In this document: one piece after another, positions 1-8,704 of the stretch
Layout: the number at the start of each line of letters is the position of its first letter
How positions within the stretch are numbered: the first letter of the stretch is position 1
Assembly: GCF_000015145.1 (NCBI RefSeq)
Contig: NC_008818.1
Location: forward strand, 1,440,001 to 1,472,000
Length of the DNA stretch: 32,000 nucleotides
Source of the DNA: Hyperthermus butylicus DSM 5456
Lineage (GTDB): Archaea > Thermoproteota > Thermoprotei_A > Sulfolobales > Pyrodictiaceae
Direction of reading: 5' to 3'
Notes under the pieces: model-generated
Told to the model about the DNA's origin: nothing
Seen by the model: the letters and a program-made list of their open reading frames with translations, nothing else
Database searches by the model: none
Position numbers and translations under genes: made by a program

Positions 1-609
1 TTCGACGTGAGAACCATAGTTGATGCACGCGAGATCGCTAGAAAGTACGGATTAGGCCCCAATGGCGCACTCGTAAAGTCTATGGAGTTTATAGCCGAAA
101 ACCTCGAAGCGATACTCTCGAAGATAGCATCCACAGATACAGACTACGTGCTGGTTGACACCCCCGGGCAGATGGAGGTTTTCCTCTTCCGCGACCTGGC
201 GTGGAGGCTCGGCGAGGGATTGAAGAAGATTAGCGAGCAGAGCTACGCGATATTCATACTTGACGCCTCGGTCATCAAGGATCCAGCTGACTACGCCTTC
301 CTGCTGGTGATGTCTACAGCTGTACAGCTACGCCTAAACCTAGAAACAGCCCCCGTCATAAACAAGGCTGATCTGGCTCCCAACATCGAGTTCAGGGGCG
401 ACATATGGAGGGATTACGCTAGGCTAAGCCGCATGCTGAAGGAGAGCCATACATTATACACAGACATGCTGCGCGATATAATGAAGGTCCTGCTGACATA
501 CAATAAGAGGGTTGAAGTACCCAGGGTCTCAGCACTCAAAGGTGAGGGCATGGAGGAGCTGCACCGCCTCATACTCGAGATGGGCTGTAGCTGCGGAGAC
601 CTAAGCTAG
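1..609 (+). CDS. GPN-loop GTPase (Npa3/XAB1/PAB0955 family), 5' end cut by window edge
   Basis: Frame 1 is open from base 1. Motifs: GLGPNGAL (GPN loop, nt 55-63), VLVDTPGQ (Walker B/switch II) and INKAD (NKxD G4). Confidence 0.85.
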   Translation, partial: FDVRTIVDAREIARKYGLGPNGALVKSMEFIAENLEAILSKIASTDTDYVLVDTPGQMEVFLFRDLAWRLGEGLKKISEQSYAIFILDASVIKDPADYAFLLVMSTAVQLRLNLETAPVINKADLAPNIEFRGDIWRDYARLSRMLKESHTLYTDMLRDIMKVLLTYNKRVEVPRVSALKGEGMEELHRLILEMGCSCGDLS

Positions 610-671
610 GCTCCGATTGACTCCAGGAAGCTGAAGCCCAGGTCCTCTTCCCTCCCCGCCCCCAGCCAAGC

Positions 672-1115
672 TTACGAGCTGCCAAGTACTACTCTATAGA
701 CACCCATGTATATTACACCATTATCAGCCACTACCTTTACCTTAGCCGTTGCCGTGTAGGGCAGGTCGCAGCCAGGCATGTAGGCCACCAACCTGTACTC
801 CCTGCCGGGTTGGAGGATGTTATCGGGTCCAGCACCGTATATGGTGTAGTTCTTAACTTCGCCATAGAACTCAACGTAGACGTGTAACACCTTCACTGGT
901 CTGCCTTCAACCCTGAGCGTCGCATTTAGTATACATGAGTCCCTGTATGCAACGGCGTCATATATGTAGAGTTGCTGGTTTGAGCTGTATATTGCAGCCG
1001 AGAATACGCCGGTCACCCAGCCAATAGCAGCTATAGCTATTACAACCGTAACTGCAACAATTATGATAACCGCTGCTAATGGATGTAATGCCCTCAATGT
1101 CTCCACTATCGCCAC
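672..1115 (-). CDS. small membrane-anchored/secreted protein with an archaeal class III (type IV pilin-like) signal-peptide-like N-terminus
   Basis: N-terminus MAIVETLRALHPLAAVIIIVAVTVVIAIAAIGW has a short charged leader and then ~25 hydrophobic residues. A beta-rich ~100-aa domain follows. An A/T box lies upstream. Confidence 0.5.
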   Translation of the reverse strand: MAIVETLRALHPLAAVIIIVAVTVVIAIAAIGWVTGVFSAAIYSSNQQLYIYDAVAYRDSCILNATLRVEGRPVKVLHVYVEFYGEVKNYTIYGAGPDNILQPGREYRLVAYMPGCDLPYTATAKVKVVADNGVIYMGVYRVVLGSS

Positions 1116-1154
1116 CCCAGCCGAGCCTAGGCATCTAGGCGTTCTTATTACACT

Positions 1155-1166
1155 AATTGGTTAATG
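1155..1166 (-). promoter_or_regulatory. candidate TATA-like box for the pilin-like gene
   Basis: TTAACCAATTAG on the minus strand, centred ~45 nt upstream of the ATG at 1115. The same spacing is seen at several other genes in the window. Confidence 0.3.
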
Positions 1167-1396
1167 CTATAGTAGAACCGCCAACCAAAAAAGTGTTATG
1201 TACTGCGTATGTATGCATTATGCCGATTTCCTCAAAAATGATGTAATATCTCTGTTACGCGATAATTATTTGTTCAAAACCTTATGCCTTGGCTGTAATG
1301 CCTTGACTTAGACGGTATTGTGCCTGTCCATGCTGATATGGTTTTCCTTACTCCCATACATGCCACTAGTATGAGTTCATGCATAGCTGTATGCAG

Positions 1397-1408
1397 CCTA
1401 GTACTAGG
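1397..1408. repeat. 12-bp perfect palindrome CCTAGTACTAGG flanked by ACTAGT hexamers (1365-1370, 1413-1418)
   Basis: Read directly from the sequence. It lies in the 476-bp divergent spacer between the pilin-like gene and coaBC. Confidence 0.9.
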
Positions 1409-1591
1409 GGATACTAGTTGCAGACGTAGTGTCTTACAGCGGAGGCATTGGGGCGTGTGGATCTGGAGGTCGGTGTGAATGCCTCGGTTCGTATGTGGTT
1501 CTATATGTGCGTGGTGGGTACTTGCTGCGACTGCTACGTGTTATCTTCTGTGGGGGAGGCTATAGGGGCTGGATATGGCTTGTCTTTATGA

Positions 1592-2881
1592 GTGGGTGCT
1601 CCAGGCGTGGAGGCTGGCGAATGGTTATGGGGTTATCATCCTAGCAGGGAGATCGTAGGCGAGTATGGGGGCGACCTTTCCGGCCGCTGTATAGCCCTCG
1701 GCGTTACTGGTAGTGTCGCGCTGTACCGCAGCATCGACCTTGCAAGACTGCTTATGAGGATGGGTGCTCGTGTCCGGGTTGTGATGACTCCAGCTGCTGC
1801 CGAGATGGTCTCCCCCGCTGTCTTCGAGTGGGCTACCGGCGAGCCCGTCGTATCCAGGCTCACCGGCCTCGTGGAGCATGTTACCCTTGCAAAGGTGTGC
1901 GATGCTGTACTCATTGCCCCGGCAACACTGGACATCATAGCCGAGATTGCAGGGTTTAGAGCATCGAAGCCCGTCTCGGCTCTTGCACAGGAAGCTGCCG
2001 GTCTCGGGAAGCCCGTGCTCATAGTGCCTGCTATGCATGGCGGTATGTGGAAGCGTGCATCCAAGCTTGCCGACGAGCTCGAGAAGCAGGGCTTTCACGT
2101 GCTTCGACCGATTGTTGAGGAGGAGCGGGCAAAGTATCCACCAGTCGAGCTCATAGCATGGTGGGCTGAAGCGATTATCTCCCGTGGCCGCGACCTTGAG
2201 GGGCTAAGGTTCCTAGTTACTGCTGGGCCTACAAGGGAGCACATAGATCCTGTAAGAGTCATCACGAACCCCTCCACGGGCCTCATGGGCGTCTCTATAG
2301 CGCTTGAAGCGGCTTTCCGCGGTGCAAGGGTAAAACTCGTACATGGCCCCCTGTCTGTCTATGTCCCGGAGGGGTGGAGGAACTATCTCGAAGAGGTAGT
2401 AGGTGTTGAAACTGCCGAAGAGATGATGGAGTCTGTCCTAGCACGCGTCGGTAGTGTTGACGTGGCTATATATGCTGCAGCTGTTAGCGACTACCAGCCC
2501 GTGGAGACTAGCAGGGTGAAGATCCCAAGCAGGAAGGGAGAGTTAACACTAAGGCTCAAGCCCACGCCGAAGATAGTTGCTAGGGCTGTAGAGGCTGCAC
2601 CAGGAGTAGTACATGTGGGCTTTGCAGCAGAAACCACGTCAAGCCTCGAGGAGCTAGTCAAGAAGGCTAGAGAGAAGCTTGAGGAGTACATGCTTGACGC
2701 TGTTGCCGCCAATAACGTGCTGGAGCCGGGAGCAGGGTTCGCCTCAGAGACCAACCACGTGATAGTGCTTACCTGGAGGGGCGAAAAACTAGAGATACCA
2801 CATATGCATAAGAGGCTTGTGGCACGGCGCCTTCTAGACATTGTTGCTAGGCTTGCTAGGAGCGGTGCTAGGCCCCGCTAG
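1592..2881 (+). CDS. coaBC: bifunctional phosphopantothenoylcysteine decarboxylase / phosphopantothenate-cysteine ligase
   Basis: N-terminal flavoprotein domain: IALGVTGSVALYRSIDLARLL...PAMHGGMW. C-terminal DFP domain: LVTAGPTREHIDPVRVITNPSTGLMG...AAAVSDY. GTG start at 1592; an in-frame GTG at 1607 is an alternative. Confidence 0.9.
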   Translation: MGAPGVEAGEWLWGYHPSREIVGEYGGDLSGRCIALGVTGSVALYRSIDLARLLMRMGARVRVVMTPAAAEMVSPAVFEWATGEPVVSRLTGLVEHVTLAKVCDAVLIAPATLDIIAEIAGFRASKPVSALAQEAAGLGKPVLIVPAMHGGMWKRASKLADELEKQGFHVLRPIVEEERAKYPPVELIAWWAEAIISRGRDLEGLRFLVTAGPTREHIDPVRVITNPSTGLMGVSIALEAAFRGARVKLVHGPLSVYVPEGWRNYLEEVVGVETAEEMMESVLARVGSVDVAIYAAAVSDYQPVETSRVKIPSRKGELTLRLKPTPKIVARAVEAAPGVVHVGFAAETTSSLEELVKKAREKLEEYMLDAVAANNVLEPGAGFASETNHVIVLTWRGEKLEIPHMHKRLVARRLLDIVARLARSGARPR

Positions 2882-3535
2882 TTTTGCGGCTGCTGGTAGT
2901 GATCTGCGTAGGATGTATACGCCGAGGTAGACGAATGGCGTATCAAGCACTGCTACTAAGACCTTCCACATCCACTGACCGAGTATCAGCTTCAATAATA
3001 CATCGTTTGGCACAACACCATAGAATGCTAGTGTTATGAAGGTGACCGTGTCTATTAGCTGGCTAACAATTGTGCTAGCATTATTGCGGAGCCAGAGCCA
3101 CTTACCCCTGGTAACCCTCTTCCATACATGGAAGGCCCACACGTCGTGGCTCTGGGAGATAATGTAGGCAACTAGGCCCGCCACTGTAACCCGGAGAGCC
3201 GGCATGAACGCCTTACTATAGAGATCCTGCATATCCGGCATTAGAGGCGGCATATAGTAAGCAGCGAGGATGAGCAGTAACGATGCTACTGCAGCTACGA
3301 GGCCTGCAGCAACAAACATCTGTGCAATCCTCTTTCCATAGACCTCGCTTACCATGTCGGTTATCGGGAACGTAACTGCATACGCTAGGAAGCCTGCTGG
3401 GAGCACGAAGCCCCACAAAGTTACCAGCTTTACGCCAGCCGTAAAGTTGGCAACAATCACTGCTGTAACGAAAATCGCTAGCAGCACGAGTATCGAGCGT
3501 AGGGGGACCATTTGCTTCCACTCCTGGACCTCCAT
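2834..3535 (-). CDS. VUT/YhhQ-family (DUF165) queuosine/archaeosine-precursor transporter
   Basis: Multi-TM protein with family motifs FPITDMVSEVYGKR and LRNNASTIVSQLIDTVTFITLAFYG. Confidence 0.8.
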   Translation of the reverse strand: MEVQEWKQMVPLRSILVLLAIFVTAVIVANFTAGVKLVTLWGFVLPAGFLAYAVTFPITDMVSEVYGKRIAQMFVAAGLVAAVASLLLILAAYYMPPLMPDMQDLYSKAFMPALRVTVAGLVAYIISQSHDVWAFHVWKRVTRGKWLWLRNNASTIVSQLIDTVTFITLAFYGVVPNDVLLKLILGQWMWKVLVAVLDTPFVYLGVYILRRSLPAAAKLAGPSTAPSKPSNNV

Positions 3536-3552
3536 GCCTCATCGCCCTGCTT

Positions 3553-4371
3553 CTACATTCTGCCTACACCCTTCACCCCGTGACGCCTTATGTAGCTCTC
3601 CTCTACCCATCTATGGACAGCATAAGCCGCAGCAAACATGGCGGCCGCAATGAGTGCCGAGAGAATGAGCTCTGTTCTAAGCCCAAGGTATGGTTCTAGG
3701 CCTGTTGCACCATAACGTATTATTTCTACTGCATGAGAGTATGGGGTAGCTATTGCTATCCACCTTATCGGCTCGGGGAGCATAGCTACGGGAGCAGCAA
3801 TACCCCCGATGAGGAAGAGGAGGAAGTCTGTTACGTCAAGTAGTGTACCTGGGATGTTTAGTCTAAGGCCTAGCGCGGCCAAGAGCAGGCCATAGCTCAG
3901 CGCCATTATAGCCATTGTAGCTAGTCCGTATACCAGCAGCAAGGGGTGCTTTACGAGCGAGGGCTTCTGTCCCGCGATGTGGCGTACGAGCATGTAGAGC
4001 AATGGCAGCATAATCGCTGTTTGTCCTGCAACAGTGATGAGGCGCCCCGAGAGGAATAGTGCTATGCTAGTATTGTGGAGCATGAGTTCCTCTACAAGTC
4101 CGACATTCACGACAAACCATATTGTCCAGCCTGCGGTATAGAGCACCGTGAACGTCATAATGTTCCAGGCTACTATACCCCAGAAGATGTGTGGCATCAT
4201 TTCTCCAAGCTTCTCGTTGGGCATGAATATTATGACACCGAGAACGTATATTGCAACCCAGAGAAACATGGTTAGAGCTGCATTTATGAAGCCATACTTG
4301 TACCTCCAGGTACGCAATGCATGAAGATAAACTATGGCAACGAGCTTATGGGGGAGACTAGTCGAACCCAC
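3553..4371 (-). CDS. ABC-2 type transporter permease
   Basis: Six-TM-like hydrophobic profile. Overlaps the upstream permease by 14 nt. Third gene of an ATPase-permease-permease operon. Confidence 0.75.
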   Translation of the reverse strand: MGSTSLPHKLVAIVYLHALRTWRYKYGFINAALTMFLWVAIYVLGVIIFMPNEKLGEMMPHIFWGIVAWNIMTFTVLYTAGWTIWFVVNVGLVEELMLHNTSIALFLSGRLITVAGQTAIMLPLLYMLVRHIAGQKPSLVKHPLLLVYGLATMAIMALSYGLLLAALGLRLNIPGTLLDVTDFLLFLIGGIAAPVAMLPEPIRWIAIATPYSHAVEIIRYGATGLEPYLGLRTELILSALIAAAMFAAAYAVHRWVEESYIRRHGVKGVGRM

Positions 4372-5170
4372 TCTTCTTCACCCAAGCTTCAACCCTCGCA
4401 ACTATGGGGGCGGATGCGGCATTGTACACGACGCCTAGGACGGCAAGCATGTAGAGCGCCGCCATAAGCGCTCTTCCCTCAAAGGTGCCCAGCGCTGCTA
4501 GTGAACGTGCAGCCTCCACAACATAGCGTACCGGGACTACGCGTGACACCTCTTGGAGGAGTTCCGGCAGCACTGCAACGGGGTAGAATACACCGGATAC
4601 GAGGAGGAGGAATGGCGAAATACTGCTAATCACGTTGCTCTCCTCCTTGACTATGAGGAGGAGGCTTGCAACGAGAACAGAGAAGCCAACCAAGGGTATC
4701 ATGCCAGCCAGCATGAGGAAGTAGATAGCGGCGACTATGCCCAAGCCGCGGAGCCCCTCGAAGACTATGGCTGCCGGCATCGCTGCTGCAGCCATTACGG
4801 CCGGGCTGAGTATTGCTGCCGGTATGCCGGCAGCCAGGAGCTGCTTGGGAAGCCTGGCTGGGGCAAGCGCGATGTATGTTAGGGTTCCGTTCCACCTGTT
4901 GTACAGCGTATAGCCCGCCACATCGTCTATTATGGCGACAGTCGACATCGCAATAACGCTAGCCGATAACAGGAAGAATACTGGGTTCTTCACACCCATC
5001 CTCAACGCGTATATGCGTGGATCGCCAAAGAGATAGCCTAGACCCAGCATGACGAGCATCATTAGGTAGGGCCAGAGCAGGAATGTAGCGAGCATTGCAC
5101 GACTATTCTTGAGCCATCTCGTATACGCGTAGAACTCGGCGCGGACCAACTGGAGGAAGCTTACAGGCAA
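4358..5170 (-). CDS. ABC-2 type transporter permease
   Basis: Polytopic membrane protein lying 19 nt downstream of the ABC ATPase. Confidence 0.75.
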   Translation of the reverse strand: MPVSFLQLVRAEFYAYTRWLKNSRAMLATFLLWPYLMMLVMLGLGYLFGDPRIYALRMGVKNPVFFLLSASVIAMSTVAIIDDVAGYTLYNRWNGTLTYIALAPARLPKQLLAAGIPAAILSPAVMAAAAMPAAIVFEGLRGLGIVAAIYFLMLAGMIPLVGFSVLVASLLLIVKEESNVISSISPFLLLVSGVFYPVAVLPELLQEVSRVVPVRYVVEAARSLAALGTFEGRALMAALYMLAVLGVVYNAASAPIVARVEAWVKKSGFD

Positions 5171-5189
5171 GCCCCTCAGCCTCCCCCTC

Positions 5190-6227
5190 CTAGGCCTGCT
5201 CGCCGCGCCTCGTTAGAGCTATGAACACGTCCTCGAGTGTCGGCTTGCCAACCTCTATACTCCTAACACTATAACCCAGCCCTGAGAGGACTGCCACTAC
5301 CCTCGAGATAGTTTCTTCTTCCTCGCCAGGCTTAACCAGTACGCGTAGACGAAGATTGTTTGATCCCTCCTCCTCTTCTACACGTAGGTTCCTGGTTCCC
5401 AACGCTTTAGCGATCCCCTCTTCGAGCCCAGTTAGGGAGGTTGCCGCAGCACGATGAGCCCTAAACCTCACTGTGACGGTTACGCTCTTCGCAACCATAC
5501 CCTTTAGCTCGTCGGGCGAGCCTATTGCAGCTATGCGTCCCTCGGATATTATTGCAACGCGGTCGCAGACTATCTCGGCTTCAAACATGTTGTGCGTCGT
5601 TATGAGTACCGCCTTCCCGTTTTCGCGGGCCAGCCTTATGAGCAGCTCGCGAATCCTCCGGGCGGATGGAGGGTCCAGGCCCAGCGTGGGCTCATCGAGG
5701 ATTAGTACTGGAGGATCGTGGAGTAATGCTCTTGCAAGTGCTAGGCGCGCCTTCATCCCGAGCGAGTACTCCTCATAGAGCTTGTTCACGGCGCCTAGTT
5801 CGTCTAGCCCCACGAGCCTTACAGCCCTCTCAACAGCCTCGTCGAGCTGCCTCCCCCTGAGTCCCCGCAGCATGCCGAAGTAGCGTAGGTTTTCCCTGCC
5901 GGTTAGCTTCCAGAAGAACCCCCTCTCAACGCTCAGCACAACGCCTATCCGCTCCCTAACCCTTACAGGCTCTGAGACGACGTCGTAGCCGGCAACCGAT
6001 GCAGTACCCTTGTCGGGTAGAAGTAGCGTAGAAATAATCTTCACAGTCGTTGTTTTACCTGCACCGTTCGGGCCTAGGAGGCCAAAGACCTCGCCCCAGC
6101 GCACTGTAAAGCTTACACCGCGGAGAGCCTCGACCACCCTCTTTACCCGTTTGAGGAAGCCCCTCCTCTCCCAGGTGGTGTAGCGCTTCACCAACCCATT
6201 AGCGATGATGGCGTAGCCCGAAGGCAT
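5190..6227 (-). CDS. ABC transporter ATP-binding protein (ABC-2/DrrA-like, with C-terminal extension)
   Basis: Walker A GPNGAGKTT, signature YSLGMKARLALARAL, Walker B VLILDEPTLGLD, H-loop TTHNM. Confidence 0.9.
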   Translation of the reverse strand: MPSGYAIIANGLVKRYTTWERRGFLKRVKRVVEALRGVSFTVRWGEVFGLLGPNGAGKTTTVKIISTLLLPDKGTASVAGYDVVSEPVRVRERIGVVLSVERGFFWKLTGRENLRYFGMLRGLRGRQLDEAVERAVRLVGLDELGAVNKLYEEYSLGMKARLALARALLHDPPVLILDEPTLGLDPPSARRIRELLIRLARENGKAVLITTHNMFEAEIVCDRVAIISEGRIAAIGSPDELKGMVAKSVTVTVRFRAHRAAATSLTGLEEGIAKALGTRNLRVEEEEGSNNLRLRVLVKPGEEEETISRVVAVLSGLGYSVRSIEVGKPTLEDVFIALTRRGEQA

Positions 6228-6265
6228 GACTGCGACATCCGGGCGCCAACATCCCGTAGCGGGCC

Positions 6266-6277
6266 CTAATTAAATGG
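6266..6277 (-). promoter_or_regulatory. candidate TATA-like box for the ABC-2 operon
   Basis: CCATTTAATTAG on the minus strand, centred ~44 nt upstream of the ATG at 6227. Confidence 0.35.
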
Positions 6278-6381
6278 AGGGTCTATGAGTGGGCTCGGAA
6301 TGGGGCCTCGGGGTGGGACCCGCCGGCTCATCCAACACGATGCGCCCCAGCCATCGGGGGCTGTCGCCGGCGCGGTGGCCA

Positions 6382-7245
6382 CTAGGCTCTATTCTCGGGG
6401 CCTCCTCTTTTACTCGTCGCAGCTGAGCGAGCCTCCGCTATGCCAACGTGTATCGTCAGTTCTATACCCTTGACTGCAAGGGTGTCGCGAAGCTCATCTG
6501 CTAGGAGGTCTGCTATGTCGGGGGTCATCCTCTCATCTATTGGCACTACAACTATGTCGCCCTCGTAGCGTCCCTCGTCGAGCCTACGTATCTTGATGGA
6601 TACTGGCCGGAGGCCCCGCAGCCGCGCCTCCCTCTCCACGACCTGGTACACGGTCTCTGGTGCCGCCCGGTCAGATATCATGTCTATGAGTAGGCTGTAG
6701 GCCTCCCTCGCTTCGTGGTATATGTAGGCTAGTATGATGAAGCCCCCCGCGAGGTCTAGGAGGTAGCTCACGCTGTGGCCTAGAAAGCTGCTAATAGCCG
6801 ATACAATACTCTCGAAGACCTCGCTAGCAGTGAAGCCCGCGTAGACCCTCAACACGGGGTCTATGCCGCGGGCAGCTACGATAGCTAGTGCATAGAGTAG
6901 GCCTCCGATGGCTGCAGCAAGGGGGCTACCTATCTCCACCTCGTAGCCCGAGATGCTGTCTAGGAGGGCTAGTGTTGAGAAGCCAGCTACGTACATGTAG
7001 GCTAGCAGGCTGAACAATGTGCCCCCATACTTTAGGCGCACGTGCCCGTAGGGGTGGTCAACGTCTGGAGGCTTCTTCGAAGCCCAGTAGTAGGCTAGAA
7101 CCCCTGCCAACGCGACAAGGTTTGCTATACACGTTGCAGCATCTACTAGTAGTGCACGGCTACCATAGGCTACGCCAGCTATCTTAACTATGGCTCCAGC
7201 TACCGCACCTGCTACCGCGACGTGGAGACGGTACCGGCGCACCAA
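6382..7245 (-). CDS. cation diffusion facilitator (CDF) family metal efflux transporter
   Basis: TM helices followed by a cytoplasmic alpha/beta C-terminal domain. Motifs: SRALLVDAATCIANL and DVDHPYGH. Confidence 0.85.
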   Translation of the reverse strand: MVRRYRLHVAVAGAVAGAIVKIAGVAYGSRALLVDAATCIANLVALAGVLAYYWASKKPPDVDHPYGHVRLKYGGTLFSLLAYMYVAGFSTLALLDSISGYEVEIGSPLAAAIGGLLYALAIVAARGIDPVLRVYAGFTASEVFESIVSAISSFLGHSVSYLLDLAGGFIILAYIYHEAREAYSLLIDMISDRAAPETVYQVVEREARLRGLRPVSIKIRRLDEGRYEGDIVVVPIDERMTPDIADLLADELRDTLAVKGIELTIHVGIAEARSAATSKRGGPENRA

Positions 7246-7287
7246 TGCTTAAGCCTCCAAGCCGCCTGGTAGGTGGCCAGCTTAGGG

Positions 7288-7295
7288 GTTATAGG
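7288..7295. promoter_or_regulatory. central A/T box shared by divergent CDF and GH130-like genes
   Basis: GTTATAGG sits mid-way in the 89-bp spacer. It is ~46 nt from the start at 7245 (-) and ~44 nt from the GTG at 7335 (+). Confidence 0.3.
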
Positions 7296-7334
7296 CTGCC
7301 AGCCGCACTAGCAGCACAGCAGGATTGATAAGCC

Positions 7335-8408
7335 GTGGCTAGTGGGAGTAACAGCTTCTTCCCCCTTGCTGAGGGTGCAGCTGAGGCTGCCTCAGCTAGG
7401 CGCCCGGAGACCAGGGATATTGTTCGCCGGCTGGGCGTCATACCGCCGGAGAGGATAACGATTACGAACTATCCCGTGGCGCGCCCACTAGCGGTATTCA
7501 ATGCCGCGCTAAGCGTCGAGGAGGACAACGCAAGGATATACGCGAGAATAATAATGGGCTATTACCTCTACATCTCAGCTATAGCTGAGATAAACATACC
7601 CCTCGAGGACATCAATGATGGTAGTGTGGGTTGGCGCAACTACGCTGCGGCCATAGTTGTTTACCCGTCAACACGCTACGATGTATGGGGCACCGAGGAC
7701 CCGAGAGTATTCAGGCTCGACGAAAAACTATACATGGTTTATACAGGTAGAACAGTCAACTACTTCAGGCAAGGCGCGGAGAGGGAGCGCACCCTCCCCG
7801 TCGCAGCAGTAATGGAGGAGAATGGCTGGACGAAAAAGGCGGTATTCGTGCTACCCCCGGGGCTCCGAAGGCATCTTATAAGCGATAAGAACGCCTTCCT
7901 CGTGAGGGTCGGCGGCGACCTCCTGCTATTCCACAGGCCGCACATGGACGACAATAGGTTCTACCTCGCAGTGAGTAAGGTTGAAGAGCTCCCGCATACG
8001 TGCAGTAGCGGTATCTGCGAGATCGAGGTTAGGGATACTGTTTGGGTTCTACCGCAGGCACCCTTTGAGACAAAGATTGGCTGGGCAACACCGCCAGTCG
8101 ATGTGGCAGGAGACACCGTGATAGCCCTAGCACATGGCGTCGACCGTGAAATTGGCGTTTACCGCGTCTTCGCGGTTAAGCTACGCTACAGCCGGAAAAG
8201 GGGCATCACAGTGGAATCCGTGACCCCAACATACATCATGGAGCCCAGGGAGATATACGAGGTGTACGGCGACAGGCCCTACACCATATTCCCCTGCGGC
8301 GCCTGGAGAGTAGACCGCGACACCGTACTGCTAACCTATGGCGCAGGAGACTACGTAGTCGGAATAGGCTCCCTCAACATCAACGAACTCATAGATATGC
8401 TCGAGTAG
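7335..8408 (+). CDS. GH130/DUF377 (PH1107-related) glycosidase or glycoside phosphorylase-like protein
   Basis: VFNAALSVEEDNARIYARI and WGTEDPRVFRLDEKLYMVYTG are typical of the five-bladed beta-propeller GH130 family. Confidence 0.7.
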   Translation: MASGSNSFFPLAEGAAEAASARRPETRDIVRRLGVIPPERITITNYPVARPLAVFNAALSVEEDNARIYARIIMGYYLYISAIAEINIPLEDINDGSVGWRNYAAAIVVYPSTRYDVWGTEDPRVFRLDEKLYMVYTGRTVNYFRQGAERERTLPVAAVMEENGWTKKAVFVLPPGLRRHLISDKNAFLVRVGGDLLLFHRPHMDDNRFYLAVSKVEELPHTCSSGICEIEVRDTVWVLPQAPFETKIGWATPPVDVAGDTVIALAHGVDREIGVYRVFAVKLRYSRKRGITVESVTPTYIMEPREIYEVYGDRPYTIFPCGAWRVDRDTVLLTYGAGDYVVGIGSLNINELIDMLE

Positions 8409-8432
8409 CCCCGGAAACTCGAAACAATAAAG

Positions 8433-8699
8433 TCATTTGTGCACAGGGACTACGCATCGGTCAGCATCGACGTCTGGTACCAGTATCTTAAACTTAATGA
8501 TAGCCATCTCTTTTCCCCGAAGCCAGCTTTCAAGGAGAACGTAGATTTCGTTGGCACTGTATAATGGCGGCTGTGAGGAATCTACGGTTTGCGGGGGACA
8601 TCTGTACCACCATTTTATTGAATAAAGCCCGGATATATGTATCGTTCCTAATCTTTGAACTATAAATGATTTGTATTTGTAGATCATAGAATAATACAT
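8433..8699 (-). CDS. hypothetical 88-aa ORF in an AT-rich spacer (doubtful)
   Basis: It is the only ORF in the 296-bp low-GC spacer and starts 5 nt after the vapC stop. Composition is atypical (Y/K/I-rich) and there is no recognisable motif. Confidence 0.2.
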   Translation of the reverse strand: MYYSMIYKYKSFIVQRLGTIHISGLYSIKWWYRCPPQTVDSSQPPLYSANEIYVLLESWLRGKEMAIIKFKILVPDVDADRCVVPVHK

Positions 8700-8704
8700 G
8701 TTGT

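Noticed and set aside
1230-1340. Possible C/D-box sRNA (AATGATGT near 1239, GCTGATA near 1331)
   Set aside because: The boxes are ~90 nt apart, longer than typical archaeal C/D sRNAs. The C box is imperfect, and no C'/D' boxes or terminal stem are seen.
1429-1644. 71-aa ORF (Gly/Cys/Arg/Trp-rich) upstream of coaBC
   Set aside because: Its composition mirrors the G+T skew of the DNA. It has no motif and overlaps the coaBC start, so it is treated as a compositional artefact rather than a gene.
1625-2841. Antisense ORFs inside coaBC (1625-2098, 1636-2064, 2095-2286, 2491-2841)
   Set aside because: These are shadow ORFs of a GC-rich gene. They are Ser/Arg/Ala/Pro-rich, have no motifs, and lie fully within a confidently identified CDS. 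The same reasoning applies to the many other antisense or overlapping ORFs in the track, such as 9202-9693, 22010-22468, 23169-23618 and 17399-17794.
6285-6473. 62-aa plus-strand ORF between the ABC-2 operon and the CDF gene
   Set aside because: It overlaps the CDF 3' end, has low-complexity Gly/Arg/Ala composition, and has no promoter-like box at a sensible distance.
8409-8561. 51 codons remain open in frame after the GH130-like TAG stop (possible readthrough extension)
   Set aside because: The extension is AT-rich with atypical composition. The GH130 fold already appears complete at the stop, and there is no readthrough context that I can support.
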